64,000 nt of DNA, taken from positions 1 to 64,000 of the forward strand of contig CAWDVP010000001.1 in the NCBI GenBank assembly GCA_963805945.1. Direction: 5' to 3'. Made by a program: the position numbers and the translations under genes. Under the pieces are notes generated by a model, which did no database searches, had not been told where the DNA came from, and saw only the letters and a list, made by a program, of their open reading frames with translations. Source of the DNA: Vulcanimicrobiota bacterium. GTDB lineage: Bacteria > Vulcanimicrobiota > Vulcanimicrobiia > Eremiobacterales > Eremiobacteraceae. Positions 11,310-21,687 of this stretch are shown piece by piece. Numbering within the stretch: position 1 is the stretch's first letter; every line of letters begins with the position of its first letter.

Positions 11310-12059
11310 CTATCGTGCTTTCGAAGCGGGCTTGCGCCGGATGCTTGACGAGGATCGCGCCGGCGAGCTGCGCGCTCACCGAGTGGGTCTTACCGTTGAC
11401 GCGCAGCGTCATGAATCCGATGCGCGCGCTCGACGCGCTCGACCGCGATCGTCGTGCCCGGCCGCAAGCCGATCTCCGCGAGATACTTGAGCAGCTCGGG
11501 CATGTCGTGCTTGATCTCGAGCACCTTTGCGCTTGCGCCCGCGGGCAGATCGACCAGCTCGACGGCGTCCTCGTGATTCCAGAGCGCACCGTCCTCGTGC
11601 GGGATGGGATGGCCGTGCGGACAGGTCGTAGGCTCGCCGGTGAAACGCGCGAGATGCCGTTCCACGAGCGGGGAGATGGCGTGCTCCAAGCGGCAGGCCT
11701 CTGCGTTGGCGAATTCCCACGGGATGCCGAGATGATCGACGAGCAGCCGCTCGGCGAGCCGTTGACGGCGCAGGGTGAGCGCGCCGATGCGCGCGCCGGC
11801 GGCCGTCGGGAACACGCCGTGACGTCCCTCGTGCGTGACATAGCCGTCGGCGTCGAGTTTCTTGAGCATGGCCGACGCGGAGGCGGCCGAGACCGCCAAG
11901 CTCCGCCGCGATGGCGGAGGTCGAGACGGGCTCGACCCCGTTGTGCAGCCGCACGATCGTCTTGAGGTACATCTCGACGTTCGGGCTGACCTCGGGTTCT
12001 TCCGAAGGCTCCAAGAGCGGGCTCTTGAGCGCTGAGTTGAGGGCGCGCTGAGTGCTCAT
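11310..12059 (-). CDS. DtxR/IdeR/MntR-family metal-dependent repressor with C-terminal FeoA/SH3-like domain; frameshifted
   Basis: EMYLKTI, VSAASASAMLKKL, RLAERLL..EACRLEHAIS, TCPHGHPIP, LKYLAEIGLRPG. Confidence 0.92.
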
Positions 12060-12073
12060 TTAGGCTCGCCTAA
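12060..12073. promoter_or_regulatory. Putative DtxR/MntR-family operator TTAGGCTCGCCTAA
   Basis: Inverted repeat TTAGG-N4-CCTAA directly abutting the repressor's ATG. Confidence 0.7.
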
Positions 12074-12220
12074 TTCGCTTCCTTAGGAGTGGTTATCCTG
12101 TGACCTCAAGGGCGCCTTATGACTCTCCTCGAGGCGTCCCGCTGCGAAATGGGTATAAGGGTGGTACGCAACGGCACAGGCTGACGGTACGTTACCTTAC
12201 TAAGGAGATTAGAAACACTT

Positions 12221-12694
12221 ATGAATCACACGAGAATCATCGCAGTCGCCATCATCGGAGCCCTGGTTTTGGCGTTCGCGCCGAAGCCCATGGCGCTCGC
12301 GGACGGTGCGGCGAGCACGCGGAACATCATCGGCGGCGCCGCCGCGATCGGAGCCACGCTGCTCATCATCAACCACAACAAGAAAGTGCACGAGAAGTAC
12401 GCGCAGGACGCGCAACAGCAGGCCGCGCTCGCCGAACAGCGCGACAACGCGCAGGCGGCCGCGCAGCAATACAAGATCGCCTACCAGCACGAGGCGATCG
12501 TCGTGTCCAATATGAAGCGCGAAGTCGCGCTGCAGGATCAAGAGATCAATAGTCTCAAGGCGCAGGTGGCCTCGGTCAACCCGGCTGGCTCGAACTTCGT
12601 CGCCGCCCGTCCGGCGGTGGCAGTGGTGCCTGCGACGAACTCGATGGCGCATGCACCGGTCCAAGTCGTATCCTACGGCTGGGGCATGTTTTGA
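12221..12694 (+). CDS. Hypothetical exported protein (signal peptide, Gly/Ala hydrophobic segment, coiled coil)
   Basis: Strong SD taaggag; MNHTRIIAVAIIGALVLAFA; Q/A-rich heptads; C-terminal YGWGMF. Confidence 0.8.
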   Translation: MNHTRIIAVAIIGALVLAFAPKPMALADGAASTRNIIGGAAAIGATLLIINHNKKVHEKYAQDAQQQAALAEQRDNAQAAAQQYKIAYQHEAIVVSNMKREVALQDQEINSLKAQVASVNPAGSNFVAARPAVAVVPATNSMAHAPVQVVSYGWGMF

Positions 12695-13062
12695 ACGTGC
12701 GCGCACGACTGCTGATCGCCTGCCTGCTGACCGCCGGCCTCGTCGCCTGCGGCCAGCATAGCGGGTCGAGCCCGCAAGACGTGGCCACCTCGGTGACGCA
12801 GGCGGTCTACAACAACGATCAGGCCGGTACGACACAGCACTTCGACGACGCGCTGAAGGCACAAGTGACGCGCACACAAGTCGCGATGATCTCGGATAAG
12901 ATGCACGAACTGGGCGATTTCCAGGGCCTTACCGAGACGAAGAGCGATGCAGACACGCGGCAGTATTGGTACGACGCCAAGTTCAGCAAGGGCGACATGG
13001 TCGTCGAGCTGAAGTTGCATGCAGACGGAACGGTGGCCGCGTACCGCGTCATTCCGAAGTAG
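12691..13062 (+). CDS. Small lipoprotein (DUF3887-like)
   Basis: Lipobox LVAC; 4-nt overlap with the upstream gene; followed by a terminator. Confidence 0.7.
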   Translation: MNVRARLLIACLLTAGLVACGQHSGSSPQDVATSVTQAVYNNDQAGTTQHFDDALKAQVTRTQVAMISDKMHELGDFQGLTETKSDADTRQYWYDAKFSKGDMVVELKLHADGTVAAYRVIPK

Positions 13063-13083
13063 CGTCGCGCAGACGCCGACGAG

Positions 13084-13118
13084 GAAGGGACGAGCGACGC
13101 TCGCCCCTTCTTCTTTTT
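13084..13118 (+). terminator. Intrinsic terminator
   Basis: GAAGGGACGAGCG-AC-GCTCGCCCCTTC stem followed by TTCTTTTT. Confidence 0.7.
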
Positions 13119-13153
13119 GCAATGCCGCCCGGCGTGAGGTCTCTCGCTCGGTC

Positions 13154-15148
13154 ATGCGTATCGTTCTCGCGGTTTCAGCCTTGGCGCTCGCGCTGCTCCC
13201 TGTTGCGGTCGCGGCGCGCACCATGCAGGTGAGCGATCTGCGGTGCCATCGTCGAGCGTGTCCGATCCGGATATCTCCCCGGACGGCGCGCAGATCGCGT
13301 TCGTCGTCTCGCGACCCGATTACGCGGCCAACGACACGGCGACCGAACTGGCGGTCGTCGACATCGCGAGCGGCGCGCAGCGCAGCCTCGTGCAAGGCCG
13401 GCGTGATCATCGCGTCGCCGCGCTGGTCGCCTGACGGCAAGAGCATCGCGTTCATCGCGACGGGCCGGCGAGCAGGATCAACTCATGCTGGTCGCCGCCG
13501 GCGGCGGCGCACCACATCCGATGACCGACGCGCGCAACGGCGTGACGCAGTTCGCGTGGTCGCCCGACGGCGCGACGATCGCGTTCGTCACCGCGGACGT
13601 CCCGAAGAACCAGGCGGCGATCGACCAGCACCATGATTCGTTCGAGGTGGGCAACGACAGCTACCTGACGACGGCAGCGCCGACGTCCGCGCACCTGTGG
13701 CTGGTTGCCGCGGCGCGGCGGCCCGGCGCGGCGCCTCACCTCCGGCGACTGGACCGTGACCGGCGGCGACTATGTCGCGCCGCTCTCGTGGTCGCCTGAT
13801 GGGCGCTACATCCTCATCTCCAAGTCGCCGAGCCCGCACCTCGGAGATTACAACGGCACGGTGCAGGCGCTCGTCGACACGCGCGACGGGCATGTGCGCC
13901 AGTTGACGCAGCACAGCGGCTATGAAGGCTATGGCGTCTTCTCGCCGGACGGCACGCAAGGTCGCCTACTGGTACCCCAAGGACGGCGATCCGCTCAACG
14001 GCTCGCAGATCTACGTCGCGCCGACACAAGGCGGCAACGGCAGCTGATGTCACGTCGCCGCTCGATCGCGATATCGCGCGCGCGATATGGATGCCCGACG
14101 GCGCGACGCTGCTCATCGGCGCCACCGATGGCACGCGCGTGTTCCTGTGGCTGCAGCCGCTCGACGGGCCCGCGCGCAAGCTCGACCTCGGCGAGATCAA
14201 CCCGTCGTGGAGCAACTGGGTCGACGTCACCGTCGGCCGCAACGGGTCGATCGCGTTCAGCGGCGCCGAGCCCAAACGGCCGACCGAGCTGTACTACCTG
14301 AGCTCGCCGACCGCCAAGGTGCGCCGCCTCACCGACTTCAATCACGACATCGCGGCGCTCGAGCTCGGGACGACGGAGACGATCTCGTGGCGTACGGCCG
14401 ACGGGATGACGGCAGACGGCGTGCTCACCTATCCGCCGGACTATGTGAAAGGCAAGCGCTATCCGCTGCTGGTGCGGCATCCACGGCGGCCCCAACCTCA
14501 CCTCGACGACCGAGTTCTACGATTTCGCGCAGGTCATGGCGGCGCACGGCTACCTCGTGTTCCGACCCGAATTACCGCGGCAGCGACAACCTCGGCAACG
14601 CCTACGAGCACGCGATCTTCAACGATGCGGGCGAAGGGCCGGCGCAGCGACATCGTGGGCGGCATCCAGGTCGTCCAAGCGATGGGCGTCATCGATGACT
14701 CGAAGATCGCGGTGGGCGGGCTCTCGTACGGCGGCTTCATGACGGCCTGGCTGGTCGGGCATTATTCCATCTTCAAAGCGGACGTCATGGCGGGCGCCGC
14801 AGCTCGACGCGCTGGAGCAATACGATCTCGGCGATTACAATGTGGCGGAGTGGTACTACTTCAAGGGCTCGCCGTGGGTGCGACCGGAGCACATGGACGC
14901 GTATCGCGCGCAGTCGCCGATCACGCTACGCGAGCCAGATCAAGACGCCGACGCTCATCGTCTCGAACGCCGGCGACGAGCGCGTGCCGATCTCCCAATC
15001 ATACGCGATGTTCCATGCGCTGCGCGACAACAGCGTGCCGGTGAAGTTCGTGGTGTTCCCCGGGGAGACGCATGAGATCGAAGGCCCGGTGCACATCGAG
15101 GACTACTTCCAGCTGTGGCTGGACTGGCTGGGCACTTACCTCAAGTAA
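13154..15148 (+). CDS. S9-family (prolyl oligopeptidase/acylaminoacyl peptidase) secreted serine peptidase; many frameshifts
   Basis: Signal peptide; WSPDG propeller repeats; HGGP, NYRGS, GLSYGG nucleophile motif, DERVP, FPGETH. Confidence 0.88.
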
Positions 15149-16138
15149 CCGACGACCTCGTCGAGCCAGCGCCTCTTCTGCTCGTCCGGGGCAAAGGACG
15201 CGACGAAGCCGTTGCGCGCCAGCTGCGCGAGCAGCTCGCGCGAGAAACCGCGCTCGCCGAGCGCCGCGTATTCGTCGAGCAGCGAGACGCCGAAGAAGCC
15301 CGGGTCGTCCGAGCTGAGCGTGACGAGCAGCCCTTCGTTGAGGAAGTCGTTGAGCGGGTGGCGTCTCCGGGCGCCTGACGGCGCCGGTGACAAGATTGCT
15401 CGTCGGGCACGCGTCGATCGCGATGCCGCGCGCGCGCAGCATCTCCATCACCGAGCGCTCCTGCCGCGCGCTGACGCCGTGGCCGATGCGCTCCGCGTCG
15501 AGCAGCTCGACCGCATCGGTGATGCTGCCCGGCCCGGCCGCCTCGCCCGCGTGGACGGTGCGTCGCAAACCCAGCTCGCGCGCCTTGCCGAACGCGCCGC
15601 GGAAATCGCGCGCGGGGAAGTTCCGCTCGTCGCCGCCGAGCCCGACGCCGATGACGTCGTACGCGCGGCAGCGCTGCGCCAGCGCGATATCTTCGTATGC
15701 CTCCGCCTCGCCGAGATTGCGCACCATGTCGAACAGCACGAGCGACGAGATGCCGGATTCCCGCTGCGCGTTCGTGCGCGCGTCGTGGATCGCGCGTACG
15801 GTGGCTTCGAGGTCGAGATCGGGGACGAACTTGCGCTGGGTCGCGGGCGACATGAAGAATTCGACGTGACGGACGCCGTTGCGCGCCGAGGCGCTGAGGT
15901 ACTCGTAGGCCAGCTCCGCGAAATCGGCCGGCTGGCGCAGCGCGCGCACGACCCGCAAGAACGCGCGCAGGAACGAGTCGAAGTCATGGCACGCGAAGAG
16001 CTTGGCGGCGTCGTCGCCGACCTCGATGTTGTTGCGCCGCGCGATGCGCGCGTAGCTCTCGAGCGTGATGGTGCCTTCGAGGTGGACATGGAGCTCGGGC
16101 TTGGGCAGTCCGCGGATCCACTCGCGCGACTCGCTCAC
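15136..16138 (-). CDS. add: Adenosine/adenine deaminase; frameshift near 15370
   Basis: LPKPELHVHLEGT, TVHAGE, AERIGHG, CPTSN, SSDDP. Confidence 0.92.
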
Positions 16139-16964
16139 TTGCTCCTGAACGATCGCAGATAGCCGAGGGTCTGGCGGTCGATGCAGCCGTCGTCGCGCAC
16201 GCGGTTCTCGAGGTTCTCGCGATGCATGAACTCGACCAGCGTCGGAGAGCCGGCCTTCGCTATGAGCGACGCGATCTCGCGGCTGAGCGCGTCGTCAATC
16301 TTTATGAGGTCCTCCGGCGCCGCCTTGAAATTGTACAGCTTGTGGAGCTCGAGCAGGCGCGCGAGCTCCTCGATCGGGTTCGGGATGGTCGTCAACGCGG
16401 AGATCGACGTAGCGGTCGTTGAAGCCGCCATAGCCGCCGTCCGGCTTGGCGATGTAGAGCGCCGCGCTCTGTTTGCCGCGCCGGTCGCCGCCGGCCGCTT
16501 GGCCGGCGCGCAAGCGCTGCGACGAGCCGATCGGCGAGATGTCCGCGCGACGTCGTGAATGTTTCGACCATCGAGTCGACGACTGCGGCAGCGGCGAGGA
16601 TGTTCCCCTGCGCTGCGTAGTTGACGCCGTGTCTGCCGCCTGCCCAGTCCATGCACTTCGATCCGGTGTATGTCGCAGACCGGCCGTGCGCGTCGACGAT
16701 TCCGACCTGGCGTTCGTCGGCGTGCTCGTCGTCGCCGACAAGGTCGCGGATCACTTCCTCGGGCGCTTTGCCGAGCCGCAGCATCTCGAGGCCGCGCGGA
16801 CCGTAGTTCGTGTTCGCCCACGCCTGCGTCGCGATCGCGCCGACACCACCCTCGACCCATGGCACTGCCGAGCCGACGGAAAGGAACTTCGACTGCACCG
16901 CGACGCCGAGTTCGTTCGCGTCGGGATCGCGGCCGACTATGGAAAAAGTCGATGGCACGGGCAT
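16135..16964 (-). CDS. DUF1028 (Ntn-hydrolase-like) protein; frameshifted
   Basis: [53 protein letters not shown]. Confidence 0.9.
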
Positions 16965-17004
16965 GCGGGGCAGGTACGCTTTGCGCACCCGTGGTACCTA
17001 TGCG

Positions 17005-17078
<74 letters not shown>

Positions 17079-17180
17079 TGAACTTCTCGCAACCCTTGCT
17101 CTTTGGCGGCGTACATGGCGCGATACCGAACGCGCTTGGACGCCGTCTCGTTTTTGAAGTCGACCGGGGCCTTCAGGGAT

Positions 17181-17519
17181 CTAATGCTTGACGAAAAGAT
17201 CGAAGAACGGCGGGAAAGTCCCGAGGATGCCGATCAGCAAGAGGGCTAGCGCAACGGGTGCCACGCGCCGGAAATCAGTCTCCTTGTCCTTGAAGATGAA
17301 ATAGAGCACGATCCAAGATACGAACAGGGCGATCACCGCGACACCCGTCACGCCCGTTAGGGTGCCGGCCGGGTTCCACCAGTTGAGAGCGTTTCCTACG
17401 GACGCAACCGATTCGGCAAGGATGGTTATCACGCCGAGCACCGCAGCGCCGATACCACCGGCTAAAAGTGCCGCCGCAACTGGTCCGTTCGGGCGACCTG
17501 CCTGAGTGTTCTGTGTCAT
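17181..17519 (-). CDS. Hypothetical 3-TM membrane protein
   Basis: 112 aa; hydrophobic; NWWNPAGTLTG and GTFPPFF; SD ggggga. Confidence 0.75.
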   Translation of the reverse strand: MTQNTQAGRPNGPVAAALLAGGIGAAVLGVITILAESVASVGNALNWWNPAGTLTGVTGVAVIALFVSWIVLYFIFKDKETDFRRVAPVALALLLIGILGTFPPFFDLFVKH

Positions 17520-17534
17520 GCTGTCCCCCCTGAC

Positions 17535-18068
17535 TCAGCGAATGGGTGCGACTTTGTTCAGCAACGCCCCGAACAAGCCGGCTGAGGCGGCTGCAACGAA
17601 TGAAACGACGAAGAAGACAGTAATCGCCTTGCGTTCTCCTACTCGCTGGGAAAGCGCCGGTCCGTAGTAGCTCACCGCGAACGCCACTACAGTGGCGGCA
17701 ATCGGCGCAAGCCAGCCGACGTGCTCTTTCCACTCCATTCCGAAGCTGTGCCAACCTTGGGTGCTAGAAGCGGACAGTAACAGCGAACGCGGATAGTGCG
17801 TGAGATCAGTCGTGCCCGCGGCAGGCGTAGCCCGGTACCACGGGTAGATGATGTACGTTCCCGTGATCACGGTGCCCCAAGCGATGAGCGCCATCGCCCA
17901 GAGGCCGATGCTCATCTGCAATGTCTCCTTTGCGGCGCCGACGAGCGTGAGCCACTGGACTCGACAATCGTACAACCCCGCGAGACCGGCCGAAAACGCA
18001 AGCAGGTACGCCGCCCCGAAAACCATCCCATGCAGCAACGTCCAGCTCTCATTCGCTGTTAGTGACAT
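17535..18068 (-). CDS. Hypothetical 4-TM membrane protein with His motifs
   Basis: SD GGAGG before ATG 18068; LLHGM, YIIYPWYRA, WHSFGMEWKEH. Confidence 0.78.
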   Translation of the reverse strand: MSLTANESWTLLHGMVFGAAYLLAFSAGLAGLYDCRVQWLTLVGAAKETLQMSIGLWAMALIAWGTVITGTYIIYPWYRATPAAGTTDLTHYPRSLLLSASSTQGWHSFGMEWKEHVGWLAPIAATVVAFAVSYYGPALSQRVGERKAITVFFVVSFVAAASAGLFGALLNKVAPIR

Positions 18069-18257
18069 GCGCAAAAACCTCCGGCTACATGGCGGTGCTG
18101 GGAGAGCAAGAATGTTCATAATCCTGGAAGGCGTACCCTTCCATGCGGCTGGTAGCCCAATCCAGCAGCAGGACATTCCACTGCGTCGCGATCGCCCGAA
18201 CTGCGCGGATCCTAGGGTCGAAGCCGAAGAGCGTCACCGGTCCGGCGCGCTCATGGG

Positions 18258-19661
18258 TTAGTGTTTCTGCGCCGCTTTCGAGAACCTATGGATAAGATGA
18301 GTGATTCCTTCTTGCCCTCGAGTGATGACCTCGTTCACCAATACTCCGGCCAGCGGAATGACGCTGTCAACCCAAACCCCCGCATTGAACGCGACAAGTC
18401 CCAGGGTCAAAGTCGCGATCGAGATGCCCGCGACGACGATGATCAAGGCGTACGCGGGCGCGACGAGCTCGAACACAAGGCTTATTATCAATATCAGCCC
18501 TATTTCAAGCGCATAGTGCGCGGGCACGCTCGGCTCCCTAAGCACATCGCCTTGCTCGAGTGAATTCACCTCATTGATCAAGACCATGGTTCCGGGCATT
18601 TCGCCGATCGGAGTGCGATGCAGGTCTAGCGGGTCCCAGCTCGAGCCGATCACGACGATCCGATCCTGGAGGGCCGAGCCGTCGACTGGGGCGCCTTGGG
18701 TGATCGGCTCGGCGCGCAAGACTGCGCCCAGCGCAGGCCCAGGGCTCGCCTCGCTCTGACCATCCCATGGAATACGATACACAATGCGCCGCTGCAAACC
18801 GCGCTCCGTCAGGAGTATCGAATGCGGCGGATTTCCGATTCCAATCAACTCGTTTTCGAAAGACCGATTCGGTTGCGGCGTTTGACCGCTCTTTCGCCCG
18901 CATGCCGACCGGTGTTGTTGCAGAGCGCCGCGAATATCTGCGAGCGATTTTCGTTGTTCCGCGACCGCGAGCAGCGCGACGGAAGGAGTCAGAACTCCCT
19001 CGCCCTCAGCCGTGCAAGAATTCTCCCACAAGCGCCAACGGCGCGCCACGTGGTCCGGATCGTGATCCGTCGTGACCGCTCCCCATTGAACGTGACCCGC
19101 GATCTTCCACGGCTCTTCGGGCGACGTGCCCAGCGCTTGGTCAAGGAAAGACCGTCGAGCGACGTTGGCGGGCCCCGCCTGCCCGGGATATGCATTTTCA
19201 ACCCCGTCATCGAACGGACGCACGAGCACGATCGGCGGAGCGCAGGCACCCGAACACCGGCTGTATTTTTTCAGAACACGCACGAGCGCGTCGTCAAATC
19301 GGCTCGAAGTCGAAAAATCGACGTCGACGATCACCGCTCGCGGTTCGTGCTGCATGGCGAAATCGAGAAGTACAGCGAGCTTGTCGCGCCGCGTGATGAG
19401 CGGTTCGCCCCAATTCCGGTACGTTTCCGTATCGACGTTGATCCAGGCGATGTCTTGCCCGCCGTCGACGCCTTTGAGTTTATCCATTTGCCAGTTGATG
19501 ACACCATCTTGGAGCGTGGCGACCGTGGCATTCTTCTGTATGACCGGCATGTCAAGAATAAGCGTCAACACGAGACCGATGACCACATTTATCGCGAAAT
19601 GCCGTGGGAACCGCGCCCACCGCGTGCCGGCCGGCGAGGTCAAGGCACTTTTCTCCGGCAT
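18258..19661 (-). CDS. CHASE2-domain membrane protein with no cytoplasmic output domain
   Basis: N-terminal TM; IAWINVD..TYRNWG, RDKLAVLL, PRAVIVDVDF, DPDHVARR, RIVVIGS..DLHRTPIGEMPG; three C-terminal TMs then a ~20-aa tail. Confidence 0.82.
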   Translation of the reverse strand: MPEKSALTSPAGTRWARFPRHFAINVVIGLVLTLILDMPVIQKNATVATLQDGVINWQMDKLKGVDGGQDIAWINVDTETYRNWGEPLITRRDKLAVLLDFAMQHEPRAVIVDVDFSTSSRFDDALVRVLKKYSRCSGACAPPIVLVRPFDDGVENAYPGQAGPANVARRSFLDQALGTSPEEPWKIAGHVQWGAVTTDHDPDHVARRWRLWENSCTAEGEGVLTPSVALLAVAEQRKSLADIRGALQQHRSACGRKSGQTPQPNRSFENELIGIGNPPHSILLTERGLQRRIVYRIPWDGQSEASPGPALGAVLRAEPITQGAPVDGSALQDRIVVIGSSWDPLDLHRTPIGEMPGTMVLINEVNSLEQGDVLREPSVPAHYALEIGLILIISLVFELVAPAYALIIVVAGISIATLTLGLVAFNAGVWVDSVIPLAGVLVNEVITRGQEGITHLIHRFSKAAQKH

Positions 19662-19861
19662 GCGGACGAGAGGGCAAAGCACCGGACCGGAGGAGTCGCC
19701 ATAACAGACACTCCCGAATGGAAGACGCCCGACAACACTCAAGCATTGGCCGACCGCACCAGGTCTCCTCGCCCTGGAATCATTCGACGTAGCCGGCTAG
19801 GGCCTCCACCCTCGGTCGTTCGAGAGGATACCCCGGCAAGCGAGTTCAATATGCGCGCGTC

Positions 19862-20734
19862 ATGCGTTTCAATGCGCGCGTCATTGTCCTTTTCCTCTCC
19901 GCTTTCAGTGTGGTCGCGTCGTCGATGCCCAGCGTCGCGGATGACGCAGCAGGTCCCGCGCCGACTTCGACTCCCGTCGATCAAACATCATTCTACGGGA
20001 TGACCCCACGCTCATACGAACAGATCCCCTTTCCCGACTTCGGTTTTTTCATAGGCTTCGACGGCAAGCGGACGCTCAGCGATTTCCCGCCACCGCCCAC
20101 GTTCATGCCGATGTGTTCGGTCTCTGGGATCAGCGCGCCGGGCAGCCTCCTCAAAGGCGTGACCGACCTCAAGGGAACCGACTTGGAGGTCAGCAGCGAC
20201 GTGCGGATCGCCTATCGTGATCTCGACGATCTGCTCTATCGGCTGCGCGCGTGCGATTATTATTTGTCCATCTACGCATGGAACACGCGGCAAAACGCGC
20301 ATAGCCAGATATTCAACTACTCCTGGCAGACCGGCTGCAATTCATTTGAAAACGAGCGCACGGCCACGAAGCTCTCCAGCGCCGCGCTTCCGCTGCTCAC
20401 GGGCAAGATGAGCAACGAGCAGCGTAAGGAAGCGCTCGCTAAGTTCCTCTTGGATGACTACGACCAGTATGCCGACCTTTTCGAACGCGTCGATTCCTGC
20501 TCCAACATCCTTGCCAATCTGACGTACGGTCCGAACAGGCATCGCTTCTTCTGCAACTACGGCGGCATCATGGGCGCTCTTCTGACCGGAAGCGCAGTCG
20601 CGTTCGGAAAGCACTGGGGCGGCTCGACAAGCTCGACACAAGCCCAGGTGCAGGCCCTTGGCACGGTGGCGCTCGCGTTGCCGGGGTTGTGTCAAAACGG
20701 AACCCCTGGTAGCGCCAAGGGAGGCGGAGGCTAG
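19862..20734 (+). CDS. Hypothetical secreted protein
   Basis: Signal peptide MRFNARVIVLFLSAFSVVASS; 290-aa uninterrupted ORF with several Cys; two hydrophobic C-terminal segments. Confidence 0.72.
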   Translation: MRFNARVIVLFLSAFSVVASSMPSVADDAAGPAPTSTPVDQTSFYGMTPRSYEQIPFPDFGFFIGFDGKRTLSDFPPPPTFMPMCSVSGISAPGSLLKGVTDLKGTDLEVSSDVRIAYRDLDDLLYRLRACDYYLSIYAWNTRQNAHSQIFNYSWQTGCNSFENERTATKLSSAALPLLTGKMSNEQRKEALAKFLLDDYDQYADLFERVDSCSNILANLTYGPNRHRFFCNYGGIMGALLTGSAVAFGKHWGGSTSSTQAQVQALGTVALALPGLCQNGTPGSAKGGGG

Positions 20735-21687
20735 TCCGTCGCTTCGATCAGGAGATATCGCAACGGCTGCACGTTAGGATACGAATCGGGAACCGTCGCG
20801 AGCTGCTGGTATGCCGCAAGATTCCATTCGTGGTGCGGGCCTTTCTTCGCCAGCATTCCCGCTGAGAGCGGAACGCTCAGACTCCCGGGAAGATGCTTGA
20901 GTTGATCGCGTTCGTCTTCTGAGAGTTGGGGTATCGCGCTATCGGAGACGATATCGAAATTTCCCGTCGCCTTTGCGCCCGAACTGTCTTCGACTTCCAC
21001 CTGATATGTGCCGGGCATCAGGCCTGAATCAAAGCGCGCCTCATTGATCGGGATGTTGAGTTTCTCCGCAACGGGCTTGTCCGCTCCGCCGAGGAAGAGC
21101 CGAACGTGAAAGGGAGCGCGTCCGCCCAACCAAGGAATCGTGAGAGCACCGCTCTGCAAGGAAGCGCCCGCGCGCGGAGTCGTATGCAGCAGGGGCATCG
21201 ACGGCGCTGGCGGTGGGCCGCGCGAGGTCATCTGATCGACTTTGCTGCTATAGTAGTCTTCCTGCGCGGCTGCGAAGAGCGGTGCGACCGACGCCAATAT
21301 GTTCTTCAAGACCGTGCTGACCGTGCCCACAGGTCCCGCGCCTTGAACGGGGTGCGACCCGCAGATACCATCGCTTGCCCCGACACAGTACGGGCGATCA
21401 CCGTTAACGGTATGCAGGCTTCCCTCGATGGACAGCATGATCGTCATCTTCGTGCCGACCTTATCCGACGGAACGACAACGCTCACTCGATCGCCCGATT
21501 GAAGCAGTGCGAGCGGCGCTATATTGACGGACTGGCCGGATCGGCTGATGCGATAGGCGGATGCTGGTCCGTTATAGCTGGACACATACGATATGCCCGG
21601 TTGCGCCGTATCTGCTGTCACCGCGAGAGGAACGCTCGCGACGATCGCGATTGGCACAAGCAGGCAAACGAGACTGCGAACAAGCAT
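20731..21687 (-). CDS. Hypothetical secreted protein, DUF928-like C-terminal half
   Basis: SD GGAGG; signal peptide; beta-rich middle (LTIPW..FHVRL..LMPGTYQVEV); helical end AGMLAKKG..WNLAAYQQL. Confidence 0.7.
   Translation of the reverse strand: MLVRSLVCLLVPIAIVASVPLAVTADTAQPGISYVSSYNGPASAYRISRSGQSVNIAPLALLQSGDRVSVVVPSDKVGTKMTIMLSIEGSLHTVNGDRPYCVGASDGICGSHPVQGAGPVGTVSTVLKNILASVAPLFAAAQEDYYSSKVDQMTSRGPPPAPSMPLLHTTPRAGASLQSGALTIPWLGGRAPFHVRLFLGGADKPVAEKLNIPINEARFDSGLMPGTYQVEVEDSSGAKATGNFDIVSDSAIPQLSEDERDQLKHLPGSLSVPLSAGMLAKKGPHHEWNLAAYQQLATVPDSYPNVQPLRYLLIEATD

Noticed and set aside
9403..11841. 812-aa ORF suggesting a regulator-MCO-ZIP triple fusion
   Set aside because: The N-terminal ~320 aa are mostly off-frame. 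The DtxR gene and the MCO N-terminus lie in other frames, and the MCO has its own signal peptide at 11309.
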